A stretch of 64,000 bases of DNA from Naegleria gruberi (Eukaryota): the NCBI GenBank assembly GCA_000004985.1, contig GG738852.1; one strand, 5' to 3'. A program made the translations under genes and the position numbers. This document shows positions 30,830-42,732 of this stretch, in pieces. The notes below the pieces were generated by a model. The model saw only the letters and a list, made by a program, of their open reading frames with translations, did not search any database and was not told the origin of the DNA. Every line of letters begins with the position of its first letter. Position 1 is the first letter of the stretch.

Positions 30830-31657
30830 TTACTTCTTTGAGAATTTTCCTTTGAAAATGGTACTAATAGATTCTTCAGTTTCTCTCCTCGTCTTACTCA
30901 GGGCAGCTTTGATTGGTTCGAAAAAGTTCGTATCCTTGAAATCTTTCTCCTTTTGAACTGGAGGTGCAGTGTTTGATTTATGACCATGATCTTCACCTGG
31001 TTTGACACCAACAAACTTTTCAATTACAATTCTTTCAGTAGCTTGATAATTGAGTGTATAGGATGAATTTTCTTGGTCAACTGTGAGTGTAGCAGATGAT
31101 TCAGTGTTATCTGTTGATTCATCGGCTTCAGATGTCTTGTTGAAATTAAATTGTGAATCATCATATCTTTTACGTGGCTTTTTACCTTCGGAAACATCTT
31201 GTATAAGTAATTTCATAGCAAAATCAGGTGTCTTATTTTGCTTTTGCATTTCCCACAGAATACTATTCACTCTCTCGGTTCTATCTGTTTGACCAGCACA
31301 TTCCTCAATTTGTTTTCTAAAATGGTCAATAGAATGATCAATGGTCAACATCTTTTCAGCAATCTTTCTAGCTTCATCCTCTGTTAATGAAATCTTTCTA
31401 TCCACTTTGGTTTCACTAATTTGTTTTGATGTTTCTTCCTTAGATTCAAATAGTGTTCCAAAATTTCTCCTTCCATGTACTCCCTTCTTATTCATCAATT
31501 CAAAAACATCTTGATCGGCCGGTATTTCTCCTCTCAAAAGACACGATGATGAAAATTCGAATTTTTGCACCCGAATAATATTATTACTAATTAAATTCCG
31601 ATAATTATTGCAACAAGGATAACGACGAAGTGGCTTTGCGAGCACGTTTTTAATCAT
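30830..31657 (-). CDS. Hypothetical protein, possibly mitochondrial (basic N-terminus).
   Basis: 275-aa ORF. Start context aaaaaATGatt. No recognised domain. Confidence 0.3.
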   Translation of the reverse strand: MIKNVLAKPLRRYPCCNNYRNLISNNIIRVQKFEFSSSCLLRGEIPADQDVFELMNKKGVHGRRNFGTLFESKEETSKQISETKVDRKISLTEDEARKIAEKMLTIDHSIDHFRKQIEECAGQTDRTERVNSILWEMQKQNKTPDFAMKLLIQDVSEGKKPRKRYDDSQFNFNKTSEADESTDNTESSATLTVDQENSSYTLNYQATERIVIEKFVGVKPGEDHGHKSNTAPPVQKEKDFKDTNFFEPIKAALSKTRRETEESISTIFKGKFSKK

Positions 31658-31888
31658 TTTTTATTTTATTATTATTTTGCAACAGGTGAATTTAACAATG
31701 GAGAACGGTATTGGATGATTCTCATCAATTTACTAATATTTGCATTTTAATAACAATTGGAGAGTAGTATCAAAAGTGAGCGAGGATGTAATTATTATTG
31801 TTGCTTACAGATATCAAAAGTGATTCTTCTTGGAATTGAATTTTGAAACTTTCATGGTTTGATAATTGAAAAGCAAGATCCAAAAAAA

Positions 31889-34306
31889 ATGAATTTAGCA
31901 GCTAATCTTGTGAGTACCTCCACTGCAGCAGTTGCTGCTGGCTCACAGAGACAATCACTGCCCTCCGTAGGAGCAAGTGTTGGTGCTGGTGATTCTGTGC
32001 AGCCACACCAGCAACAATATCATTTAAACACAACTGCAGGAAGTAGAAAATCAGAACATTTGGATGATACGGAGAGGGATGCCTTGTCTGCTGATGAAGA
32101 TGTCTTTCCAACATTTCGATCAGTAATTATGGGAATGGAGGAGGGGAATGATTTGGAGAGAGCTCCATCTTCCTCACAACATCATTATAGAGATGGATTT
32201 GGAAGGAATGATGATGAGGATCATGATTTCAAACTGGGTCACAGTTGGGAAACTAATAAGTGGTTGAGGTGAGTTTACTTGTTTGGAATTTTTAGTTTAA
32301 ATTGGTGAATTTACAGAATTGGAGTTGTTGTAACGTTTAGTTTGATGGCAATTCTTCTTTTTGCCTTTCTCATTGTAATAATTACATTAGCGAGTCGATC
32401 TGTGCCAACTAATGGAAATAATGTTATCAATAATTCAACATCTTGGGAACCACCAGTTACAGAATCTGGTATTGTAAATTTGATTAGAGCAACAAATGGT
32501 GCAACAGCTGCAGACAATGAAATTTGCTCAAATATTGGAGTGAAAATAATGAGAGATTATGGGGGAAATGCTGTGGATGCAGCAATTGCGACAAGTTTTT
32601 GTATTGGAATTATGAATCCTTTCAGTGCAGGAATAGGAGGTATGTTTCTCAATTCATTTTCGAAAGTTGAAATATTTTCACATCAATAATACTTGGATGA
32701 ATCAGGAGGAGGAATTATGGCAATTTCCAAACCAAGCACAAATGGAGAATCGATTGTGGAATATATTGACTATAGAGAAACAGCACCCTCTGGAGCATCT
32801 TGGGATATGTTTTCAAATATGCAACCAGTTGACGGAGCACCTCCTTCTCAGAGAGGTGGAAAAAGTATTGCTGTTCTATCAGAAGTGAAAGGTCTTTATA
32901 CTGCCTGGCAAAGGCATGGCTCTATTAGTTGGAATTTACTCGTTGAACCATCAATAGAGTTGGCTAGAAATGGAGTAAAGGCTAATGCAGTGATAGCTGG
33001 TCATTTACAAAAATACAAGAATTGGGTTGTCAGGGAATCATTTGGTTCAGGAATGAAACAAGTTTATGGAACAGCTGATGGAGATGTTAAAAAAGAGAAT
33101 GATTTATTGGTCTATCCTAAACTTGCCCAAACTTTGGAACAAATTGCTATTTATGGAGCTAATGCGTTGTATAGCTTGAATGGCTCTCTGATTCAAGATT
33201 TATTATCAGATTTACAACAAGCTGGAAGTATCGTTACAATGGACGATTTACTCAATTATCAAGTTAAAATTTATTCAACTCTTAACACCAACGAAGAGCA
33301 GCAACCTCTTTCAACCTACTTTATGGGCTACAAGGTATTTGGTCCACGACCAGTAATATCAGGCGGCTCTTGTATCATTTTCATGTTGAACATGTTGGAA
33401 AATTTTGTTGGAGAATTATACTCTTCTGCAATGAACAGTGAAAAGGGAGAATATGAGAGGGGAGAGGAATTTCATCTCTCACAGAAAAAGTATGCTCTCT
33501 TTGTGGAGGCACTCAAGTACGCATTTGCACATAGAGGTGACTTGGCAGATCCCGACTTTATTGACATTAAGGATGTTCTTGGAAAAATGACAAGCAAAGA
33601 TTATAGCTCAAAATTGAGAAATGAATTGGAAAAGGCTCTGAGCAATAATTTAACATTCTCTGATCCTCTTCATTACAAATATCAGAAAGATTCAGGATTT
33701 GTCAGAGATGATCACGGAACTTCTCATCTCAGTGTGTTGGATAAGAATGGAATGGCTGTCTCTGCTACCACAACAGTCAACCTGATTTTTGGAAGTTTTA
33801 TTATTGGTGAGAGGACTGGAATTATATTTAATGATCAAATGGATGACTTTTCCCTTCCAAACACCACCAATTATTTTGGACTGGCTCCTTCACCAAGTAA
33901 TTATATTGCAGCAGGTAAGAGGCCACTCAGCTCCATGTCTCCAATGATTATCCACAAGAATAATCAAATCTATCTTACCATTGGTGCCAGTGGTGGCTCC
34001 AGAATTATATCTTCAGTATTTCAAACTATTTGGAATCATATTGTTGGTGGTTTGGATATTGCCAAGGCGATTCAGTTCCCAAGAATTCACCATCAATGGA
34101 GCCCTGACTCACTCGCAATTGAGCAAGGTATTCCTGATGACCTAGTATCATTTTTGAAGAATTATGTTAATGGAGGATCCATTAGTAGAGTTCAAGGTAA
34201 TCCTGAATTCAGTGTTGGAATAGTTCAAGGAATAGTTAAAAAGGGAGCTAATGAAATTGAGGCGGCTTCAGATATTAGAAAAAAGAGTAAAGCTGCAGGG
34301 TATTAA
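31889..34306 (+). CDS. GGT: Gamma-glutamyltranspeptidase (type II membrane, three exons): 31889..32268, a 48-nt intron (GTGAGT...TTACAG), 32317..32639, a 66-nt intron (GTATGT...AATCAG), 32706..34306.
   Basis: Exon 1 encodes a cytoplasmic tail. Exon 2 starts with the TM anchor (IGVVVTFSLMAILLFAFLIVIITLA). The exon 2/3 junction gives GIGGGGGIMAI, matching GGT AGIGGGGFM. GGT small-subunit motifs TSHLSVLDKNGMAVSATTTVNLIFGS and GSR are present. Confidence 0.8.
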
Positions 34307-34377
34307 TCATCTCAATTAACCAACATTGATCAATTAGATTTCTAATTTAATAAAAATCTAATTAGAAAATCAAAAAA

Positions 34378-37300
34378 ATGAAAAGAAATGTAAATAAACC
34401 ACCACTCAAATCATCTCGAGGAAGTTCATTAGATATTGCCATAAGGAAGGGATTATATGGAATGTAGGTGTTGTTCTTTGTGATGAAAGATTAATTTGGA
34501 TAATTTTATCAAATAATTAACTGCACGGAACGAATAATACTATTTTATATTTAAATGGAAGAACTTTGGAACAATTACAAGAGTTTAATGATAATCATGA
34601 TGTTTATAAATTACAAAACGAATATGGAGGAGCCCACGGGTTGGCACAAGCTCTCGGATCAAATATTAAAGAGGGAATTAGTAATTATGAAGTTCAGGAA
34701 AGAGGATTTCATTTCGGAAAACATTTTAGTTTGCAACGAGTGAGTCCAACACGATATAATTCATGGTTCCGATTATTTATTATTACATTTAAGGATTCTT
34801 TCATGAAAACCTTCTTAATTTTGGCAATAATTTCAATCATTCTGGGAGTTATTCTGCCCACAGAACAAAAAGAGAGAAGAAAGGGTTGGATAGAGGGTGT
34901 CTCGCTTCTGATTGGGTGTCTCTTTGTTTGTGTGGCGAATAGTTTTATTGGCTGGCAAAAAAAGAGAAAGTGGAATGAGATTCACACCTTACAAGATGCT
35001 CAATACAGAGTAAAGGTAACACGTGATGGAAAAATTACATCCATTCTTATGGAAAATTTAGTGGTTGGTGACATACTTCATGTAGAACCTGGTGATTTTG
35101 TTACATGTTCTGGAATAGTTGTTGATTCACATAATTTAATTTGTGATGAAAGCTTTTTTACTGCCAACGATACTAACTCACTCAAAGATAAGAATTTGAA
35201 TCCTTTTATTGATCCAGAAACGTTTATTGTAGAAGGTTATGGTAGCATTCTTGTCACTTCAGTAGGAGTTAAACAAATCCTTTTGGATGCTTTACTGAAT
35301 TCTAAAGATGAGGAGTCTTCCTCTCCTTTGGAAACTCGTCTTTTCTCCATAGCTAATAATATTTGGAAAATAGCTATTGGCTTTTCATTGAGTGTTTTTG
35401 CACTCTTGATGGTTGGGTGGACCATTTATAAGATTGGACTCATACAAAACTATCAGGAGGAATGGATTGTTACTGATCTATTGACAGTTCTCAAAATGAT
35501 ATGTTTATGTTTTTCTGTACTCTTTGTTTGTACTCCGAATGGAATTTACAAGATAATTACCACTTCAATGGCCTACTCTTCACGTAAAACTATAAGAGAC
35601 AATATCCTTCTGAGTGTGAACCAGAATATGGATGTGAGTGAAAGGTTGGGATATACTTCACAAGTGATTATTGGAAAGTCGGCCCTTACACAAAAATCAA
35701 TGGAAGTTGTCAAAGCGATCATTGCAGGTGAAAATATTGAAATTGGCACAGGAGATGTTCAAATTGATGAAACTCTTTTACAAATTTTATCGAGTGCCTT
35801 ATCTGTGAATTCGAGGGCTGATATTAGAAATGATGATAATATGCAAATAGAGGAGAGTATTGGGGATTCTTTAGACTGTTCCCTATTGATTTTTCTTCAA
35901 CAAATTGGAGTAGATTATGCACCTATAAGAAACTATTATTTTGAGAATAACAAAATTGTAAAAATGTTTACAAAGAAAAATGGAACCATGACAACTATTG
36001 TGAGGAATAATGGAAATTATATTCTATTTACCAAAGGATGTTATGAATCCATTCTTGAAAATTCATCTGGAGAATTGTTGAAAGAAGGAGTTGTTGCTTC
36101 ATTCACTGATAACAGAAAAGAAGAGCTCCGAGAAACTATGAGCAAACACATTCAAGAAGGATATACAATAATTGCAATAGCTTACAGAGAAATTGAAGAC
36201 ACAAACATTCTCTTTGAGAATAATTTAACCATTGATGACGACTGCTACAGTAATTTAGTATTAATATCATTCCTGATTATTCTTAACCCATTAACCACAG
36301 GAATTAAGGAATCCATATCTCAATTGAGAGACGCTGGTATTTTTGTGAGGTTGGTTACTGGAGAAAGTGTTTCATCCGCAAAGAGACTTGCAACTGAATG
36401 TGGAATTATGACTGAAGATGGTACATGTCTAGAAGGCCCTTCGTTTTTCAATCTGAACGAAGATGAGCTCATTAAAACTCTTCCTAATCTGCAAGTGGTT
36501 GCCAGAGCAAATAATGCACACAAGTACCATCTCATTTCTGAATTACAGAAACAGGGGGAGTTTGTCACCATCCTCTCTTCATCTCACAAAGATGTCCCCT
36601 CCATAAGAAAAGCAGATATTGGAGCTGTTTGTGGAATTAAAGGATCACATTGGAGCAAATACTACGCCGATTTGTTTATTACAGATGATAGACTGAGTTC
36701 TCTTGTGAGAGCCATCGCTTGGGGAAGAGCTTTGTTTTACAATATTCAAAAGTATCTAGTTTTTCACATGACTATCAATATTGTAGTCATGACATTGACT
36801 GCAGTTACCTCTATAACTGCCTATCTTTTGAGCCCAGTTCAGTTTCCACCCTTCAATCCAGTCCAATTGTTATTTGTACATATTATCATGGACATTTTTG
36901 CAGCTCTTTCTCTGGCTTCTGATCCTCCTCATAAGGAAACTATGAAACAAGATCCAATCAAACCCAAATCAAGTATTGTAAGAAAGAATATGAAATTTCA
37001 CATTGTTGGTCAAATTCTCTATCAGTTAGTGGTATTGATGATTTTGCACTATAGTGGAATTTATATTTGTATCAACAATAAGGATGGCGACAAGTTGTGT
37101 CTGAGTGATCCTGGAACCTCCTTCAAATCATCCAAATCATCCCAAGTTGTGGAAACAATGGTATTCAATACTTTCATATTTTGTCAAATATTTAATGAGA
37201 TTAATTGTAGAAGAATTGATAATGGGATGAATCTATTGAAGAATATTCACCATTCATTATTATTTGTGGCAATCTTCATTCTTAATATTGCATTTCAAGT

Positions 37301-37523
37301 ATTCTTAGTTCAGTTGAGTTTGGCAAGTTTAGTGCCATTGACTTGGTACCAGTGGTTAGTTTGTGTTGCCATTGGTTTTATTTGCGTACCTTTTGGTTAT
37401 GTGTTACGATTTTTATCTTCAAGAATAATTACATCAAACAAATTGAAAAAGGGAATGAACAAGATATTTAAAAGAATGGTTCGTAGTGTGCCTAGTCGAA
37501 ATCATAACCTTAACATCACATGA
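34378..37523 (+). CDS. PMCA-type (P2B) P-type ATPase homolog lacking catalytic residues (pseudo-ATPase). Exons 34378..34463 and 34562..37523; 98-nt intron GTAGGT...GGAAG.
   Basis: The splice junction yields ...KGLYG|I|TLEQLQEF..NEYGGAHGLAQALGSNIKEGIS, matching the PMCA N-terminus (FGITLAELR..YGDVYGICTKL..EGLS). TM domains align with the PMCA family throughout. The 3' region (VTGESVSSAKRLATECGIM; IVRAIAWGRALFYNIQKYLVFHMTINIV; LLFVHIIMDIFAALSLASDPP) resembles PMCA. The phospho-Asp motif SDKTGTLT is replaced by IGKSALTQ. The actuator TGES is replaced by TAND. GDGTNDGPAL is replaced by SSHKDVPSI. Confidence 0.7.
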
Positions 37524-37593
37524 TTCATAAAAACATTTGTTCATTTAAAACTGGAAAAGTAATTGGTAAAATCTAGTAAAAATTGGAAGTTAA

Positions 37594-40500
37594 ATGAAAA
37601 ACAAAAACAAAAAAATGCCAAAAAACAAGGAAGTAGCAACTTCGGAGGAAAATGATCAACAAGATGAAGTCATGGCCGATTCTATAGAGGAGGAAACATC
37701 CAACACTAGTCGTAAATCGGATCAATCTAGAAATTCTGATGAATTGATGAAAATTAGTAAAGGCTTGATAGATTTGTCTAACAAGACAAATAATTCAGCA
37801 AATGAACAATTACTAAAATACATACAAGAAAATAAGTTGGTCGATTCTCTAAAAGAAATCAAGTCAATCATGACGCAATATTTACTCAAATCAAATTTTG
37901 ATCACTTATATCAATTTATGAAAGCCTATTTTCAAAGTTGTAGACCAAATGTCATATCAGAGAGTGTTTTCAATACTGATGTGAATAGCACTAGTTCCGA
38001 TAAGAGTGAATCTACTAATCAATTTAAACTCTCACGTGAGAGGGCCTTCATGCTGAAATTACTCACATGTTGGATGTTTGAAGGAAGATTAGAAGGAAGA
38101 GTGGCTAAGAATGGTTTAGGTATCATATTCGAAGAATTGGATTATTTACCAGATGCAATGCTTGTCTCATTAATTCAAGCAATTTATACATTGTTCAAAG
38201 ATGGTGGACAAGCATCAGATGTAGTTTCACCCCTCTTTGGAAATAATTCAAATTTTGATAGCATGGAAAATAATGCAGGACTAGTATTGGATATTTGGAC
38301 ACAGTGTATTTCTGCAGTAATGGCCAAGGATGAAATTGAAATCAATTCCAAAACAAAAAAGAAGAAGAAATCGGAAGAATACAAGACTGGTATTATCAAG
38401 GACATGTGTAAATGTGATTGGTCCCAAAAAGTATTGGCATTTGCCAATGCTTTCAAGGATATGCCACTCAATGACAATGAATTAGAACTAGTGGTAGACA
38501 AATTTTTCAAATACTTGAACAAGATGAACTTGAACGATTGTGCTCCACTCATTTACCAACTATTGATTCTTTCTTCAAGAGGAAAGAGACAGAAAATCTT
38601 ACTAGGAATTATTGCATATTTTGATAACTTGGAAAAAGAAAAGAGGCGAAACTCACTAACATCTACTGAAGATTCAGTTAACCAATTAGAAGGAACAGTT
38701 TTACACTTTATCGATTATGCGACCAAACAGAACCAAGAATTAGCCACAGAAATGTTAAAAATAATGAAGAATGAATCAAGTGGAGGACTAAATACCTTTA
38801 AAGCTTCCTTCTTACTAATCATTTCAGGTTTGATGAATTTTGAGGAAAAGGCGTTCAAGGTTTTAAAAACTTTTGTAGATGACGATTACAAAAATTCCAC
38901 CAAAATTCACCTCTATCTCTCTGAGGAAGAAGACCAGTTATTATCCTTCAGATACAAATCTAGTAACGTAATTTTAGATACAGTGAAAAAATGTGGAAGA
39001 GGAAGAGATTTCATGATCAAGTCTGTTGTTGACTTTGCATGCTATCTTTTAGATGCTAAAAAGGTTAAAGCCTCTAGTGATGACAATTTTGTTTTAACTA
39101 AGGTGGCAATGCACTCACATGACTTGGGATTGGAAATATTAGGCAAAATGTTCGAATTGAGTCAATTTGTTAGATCCGATATTCTCTCCAGAATTTTTAA
39201 TCGTGTGGTGACAAATTATGGAAACACTGAAAAATATATTGACCTCTTGAGAAATATATCAAAAAATCAAACCAATTGCCTTCTTGACCATATTTCCAAA
39301 CTCAAAGAAACCATTGAATACCTATCAACTATGCCTACAGATATATCAAATGCACTTCTCACTGCCGTGCAACCACTTTATAAGAATAGCCAAGAATTCC
39401 AAGATCAAGTAGTATTGGTTTTGCGTAAGTCAATGTATAGCAGAGAATTGGATTCAAGACTTGTTGCCTTGAACGGATTTTTACAAATTTTATTAGCTTC
39501 TGGAGAATTGGAAGAATCAAATGTTGGATCAAGTAGTGCTAGCAGCTCTTCCAGTAGTATTGCACAACACAGAGCAAGCACAATAGATTTGGAAATTATT
39601 GGATTTTTAAGAAGATGTCTCGGTCAGCAAATGATCGTTAGAAAGACGCTCTATGGTGGATTGTGTGACCTTGTCACAAAGAAGCCAGAATTGAGAAAGG
39701 AAATTACTCCAATCATGATTGACCATCTTAAAAAGTACATGTCCATGGAAGATGAAGACAAGCCAGAGGTATTTTTCGATAGTTGTATTGGTACCAAAAC
39801 AATGACAATTGCTGAACCTCTTCCTTCTCTCTTTTATTATTTAGTCCATGTAGCAGATGATGAAAGGGATAAGGACGCCTACAACATGTTGATTGGTATT
39901 ATGAATTATTTATTTTCCAAATCATTGAGTGAGCTCTCCATTGATAAACCTTTCGATGATACTAATGAAGGAAAAAAGAATAGACTTGTTGCCACCATAT
40001 ATGCTGGATGTATTGAGGCATTATTTGAGTTTACATTGTTAATTCTCTCCAAAGATGAGGACAATGGTAGTCAAGCAATGGAAGTATTGAATACTTTTTG
40101 GGCTAACTATTCCAAAGTAATAGAAAATCTTAATAAGAAACCAGCTTCAACAAGCAAGAAAAAGACATCCACCACTGAAAAGTTTGATCCAACTTCTTTC
40201 CTACCAGAATTATCCATTCAATTTTGCACATCAGCTATTAGCGCTGCTTCTGAATCTGTGAAAGATGTAGAAGTATCAGAGAATGCTATTGCTGATAGTA
40301 AATTCCATGCCTACCTACTCAAGTTAATTGCAAAGAAAACAAAGGCTGCCAAGAAGATAAATCAAAAACTTCCAGATGATGGCTTGCTAGGTATTGTAAA
40401 GGGTCTCTATATTTTCTTGGTAAGACTGACCAATAAGGGCTCATCAGCCTCTACTGACGACCCGAAAAAGAAGGATAAGACCACAACACAAACTTCAGAA

Positions 40501-41724
40501 GTGTTTGAAGAATTAATACGTATGAAAACTCAAAATAGTTCTCCAGCTGAAATAATCGATTTTTATGAGGGCTTTATTCGATTGTCTAAAAGTCAAACCT
40601 CCTCTAACAATGATAGTAGAATTAGTGACATTATGCAAACTCTTCAGAAAAATATTAGTAGTATTCTCAAACAAAAATCATTTGAGACAGCCACTTCATT
40701 TGTTAGAATTCTCACCAGCTTGGTTCATTTTATTGAGGGCAAGTGTGAAATTTTAGAAAATTCTGGACACTACTCTTGGATAATTGATATTTGTAAAGGA
40801 AATGAGTTTGGTCATAATGATTTAGGCCATGCTCTTATCAATCACCTTGTAACATTAGCTTGTATTTTTATGGATGTTCCAAAGCTCCAAGAACTTGCCT
40901 CAGACGTGTTGGGTAAAGTTGGCCATATTGAAGATGCTGGTGAAAGAACTGTTACCAACATGTTAGCCATCAATTGTCCATCAGAAACTGCAGATGTATT
41001 AATTTCTAGAATTGGATTAATCTTAGATGATCTGGATTGGAAATATCAACGATTAGAAACACTCAAGGACACATTAAGTGATAATTATGAGGACACAAAG
41101 AAGAATATTTTCCATCAAACTACTCTCTTTATTGATACTTTGGAGCATTTAATTTGTGCCAAATTGGAAATGGAAATATCTGAAAAGCTCTTTTCTCCAC
41201 TTATCAAATTCTATACAATGTTAGCTAAGTTTACAGATACCTATCTTTCCCTTCCTAAAGATTCTGGAATTGAGTTATGTGAAGAATATTGTGAATTGGT
41301 GGATAGATCTGGTGATTTTACCACCACTTGTTACTCATTCATCAATTATCATAATGAGGAAGAAAAGTCCACCTCAATGAAAATTGTTAGAGAGGCAAGA
41401 AATATTCCAGAACTCATCTTTAGAATGGAAACCTCAGAGCAAAAACTCATTCTCCTCTCCAAACATATCAAACAAAACTTGCTCAAGAACTATAAGAGAT
41501 CCCAAGTTAGAGCTTTTACCATTGACAATCAAAAGGTTATGGAAGCAGCCGAAGAAAAGAAGAAGCGTAAAAAGAAAGATGATGAAGAGGAAGAGCAAAT
41601 TAAGGAAGAATCAGAGAATGAACAAGAGGAAGAAGAAAAGAGCAGTAAAAAGAAAAAGAAAGCTTCCAAAAAGAGAAAATCACCAACCAGTGAAAAGTCA
41701 ACCACAAAGAAAAAGAAGAAATAA
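37594..41724 (+). CDS. FANCI: FANCI (Fanconi anemia group I protein) ortholog.
   Basis: FKDMPLNDNELELVVDKFFKYLNKMNLNDCAPLIYQLLILSSRGKRQKILLGIIAYF aligns closely with human FANCI [57 protein letters not shown]. The C-terminal CYSFINY...IPELIFRMETSEQKLILLSKH matches FANCI CYSFISY...[21 protein letters not shown]. An acidic/basic KKKRKK-type tail is present. The alternative in-frame ATG at 37615 has the better A-rich context. Confidence 0.75.
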   Translation: MKNKNKKMPKNKEVATSEENDQQDEVMADSIEEETSNTSRKSDQSRNSDELMKISKGLIDLSNKTNNSANEQLLKYIQENKLVDSLKEIKSIMTQYLLKSNFDHLYQFMKAYFQSCRPNVISESVFNTDVNSTSSDKSESTNQFKLSRERAFMLKLLTCWMFEGRLEGRVAKNGLGIIFEELDYLPDAMLVSLIQAIYTLFKDGGQASDVVSPLFGNNSNFDSMENNAGLVLDIWTQCISAVMAKDEIEINSKTKKKKKSEEYKTGIIKDMCKCDWSQKVLAFANAFKDMPLNDNELELVVDKFFKYLNKMNLNDCAPLIYQLLILSSRGKRQKILLGIIAYFDNLEKEKRRNSLTSTEDSVNQLEGTVLHFIDYATKQNQELATEMLKIMKNESSGGLNTFKASFLLIISGLMNFEEKAFKVLKTFVDDDYKNSTKIHLYLSEEEDQLLSFRYKSSNVILDTVKKCGRGRDFMIKSVVDFACYLLDAKKVKASSDDNFVLTKVAMHSHDLGLEILGKMFELSQFVRSDILSRIFNRVVTNYGNTEKYIDLLRNISKNQTNCLLDHISKLKETIEYLSTMPTDISNALLTAVQPLYKNSQEFQDQVVLVLRKSMYSRELDSRLVALNGFLQILLASGELEESNVGSSSASSSSSSIAQHRASTIDLEIIGFLRRCLGQQMIVRKTLYGGLCDLVTKKPELRKEITPIMIDHLKKYMSMEDEDKPEVFFDSCIGTKTMTIAEPLPSLFYYLVHVADDERDKDAYNMLIGIMNYLFSKSLSELSIDKPFDDTNEGKKNRLVATIYAGCIEALFEFTLLILSKDEDNGSQAMEVLNTFWANYSKVIENLNKKPASTSKKKTSTTEKFDPTSFLPELSIQFCTSAISAASESVKDVEVSENAIADSKFHAYLLKLIAKKTKAAKKINQKLPDDGLLGIVKGLYIFLVRLTNKGSSASTDDPKKKDKTTTQTSEVFEELIRMKTQNSSPAEIIDFYEGFIRLSKSQTSSNNDSRISDIMQTLQKNISSILKQKSFETATSFVRILTSLVHFIEGKCEILENSGHYSWIIDICKGNEFGHNDLGHALINHLVTLACIFMDVPKLQELASDVLGKVGHIEDAGERTVTNMLAINCPSETADVLISRIGLILDDLDWKYQRLETLKDTLSDNYEDTKKNIFHQTTLFIDTLEHLICAKLEMEISEKLFSPLIKFYTMLAKFTDTYLSLPKDSGIELCEEYCELVDRSGDFTTTCYSFINYHNEEEKSTSMKIVREARNIPELIFRMETSEQKLILLSKHIKQNLLKNYKRSQVRAFTIDNQKVMEAAEEKKKRKKKDDEEEEQIKEESENEQEEEEKSSKKKKKASKKRKSPTSEKSTTKKKKK

Positions 41725-41760
41725 ACATACATTTGAATAATAAAAAAGTTATTAAATAAT

Positions 41761-42492
41761 TTATTGAGATTTATCTTTTGGTGGAGCCAAAACCTTCTTA
41801 CGTTGGGCAAACATGTACATGTACAATTGAGGGAAACCTGGCAAGTATGAGAACATGACAATCCAGACAAAAATGTAAGAATCAAATGACATATTGTAAG
41901 CATTTGGCATGGTCAAACTCATTGGACGATGTTCCTTCAAATAATTCAATCTAAAGTAAGTCAAAGCCAATTCACTTGAAACACCCAATGGATACAAGAC
42001 AATGAAAGTAGTATAACGCAACCACACAATAAAGTGAGGACAGATATCATAAAGCTTGAAAGCATAGAAACTGTAACGAATAACTTCAGTAACACACCAA
42101 GCAATCAAGAGAGTAGTGATGAAGAGAGCTTCAAATTCAGTATATTTAACACTGTGTTCAAGATAGAGGGAAACCCAGACAACAAAAATACGAGAGAAAA
42201 CTTGCATAAGAGTTGTCATGATTGGAGAACTGACCAATCCGAGAATAGAGTGAAGAATTTCTAACAAGGCCAATGATTGGAAAAATTGCAAAGGACGTTC
42301 GATAGTATCATATAAATCAACATTCTTCTTTCCTTCAACGTGGTGCATTCCGACCAAGTAGAGAACATATCCCCAGCCAAGACAGAGTACAATATTGTAC
42401 AAGAACAAGTAGGCCTTGCCGATTGGTCCTGGACCTCTTGCACGCTTTGGTGCAGCTGTGGTTGTTGCAGCGGTAGCGGTTGTGCTTGACAT
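41761..42492 (-). CDS. HACD: Very-long-chain 3-hydroxyacyl-CoA dehydratase (HACD/PHS1/PTPLA family).
   Basis: Multi-TM, 243 aa. The family-typical YPLGVSSE motif and a conserved Y/E catalytic region are present. The stop lies only 36 nt from the FANCI stop (convergent). Confidence 0.7.
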   Translation of the reverse strand: MSSTTATAATTTAAPKRARGPGPIGKAYLFLYNIVLCLGWGYVLYLVGMHHVEGKKNVDLYDTIERPLQFFQSLALLEILHSILGLVSSPIMTTLMQVFSRIFVVWVSLYLEHSVKYTEFEALFITTLLIAWCVTEVIRYSFYAFKLYDICPHFIVWLRYTTFIVLYPLGVSSELALTYFRLNYLKEHRPMSLTMPNAYNMSFDSYIFVWIVMFSYLPGFPQLYMYMFAQRKKVLAPPKDKSQ

Positions 42493-42732
42493 TTTTTCCT
42501 TTAATTTTTTGAGCGCTAAAAATTTGAAGCATCATCACTCTTTGATCATCTTCATGTGTTGATGATAATAATAATCATGAGAACAGAGAGGAATTTTTAG
42601 TAAAACTAAAGAAAATCGGAGGAGAATAATGTTGATATTAAATTTTTTTATTTAATAATTTTACAATGAATTTAAGGTAAATTGTAAAATTGAAATTCAA
42701 AAGTTTTTGGTAATATCAACCATTGAAAAAAA

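Noticed and set aside
34555-34566. Apparent frameshift at the 5' end of the PMCA-like gene. An ATG at 34555 is out of frame with the conserved N-terminus.
   Set aside because: An upstream mini-exon (34378..34463, A-rich ATG) spliced through a 98-nt intron gives ...YG-I-TLEQL, matching the PMCA N-terminus exactly. No indel is needed.
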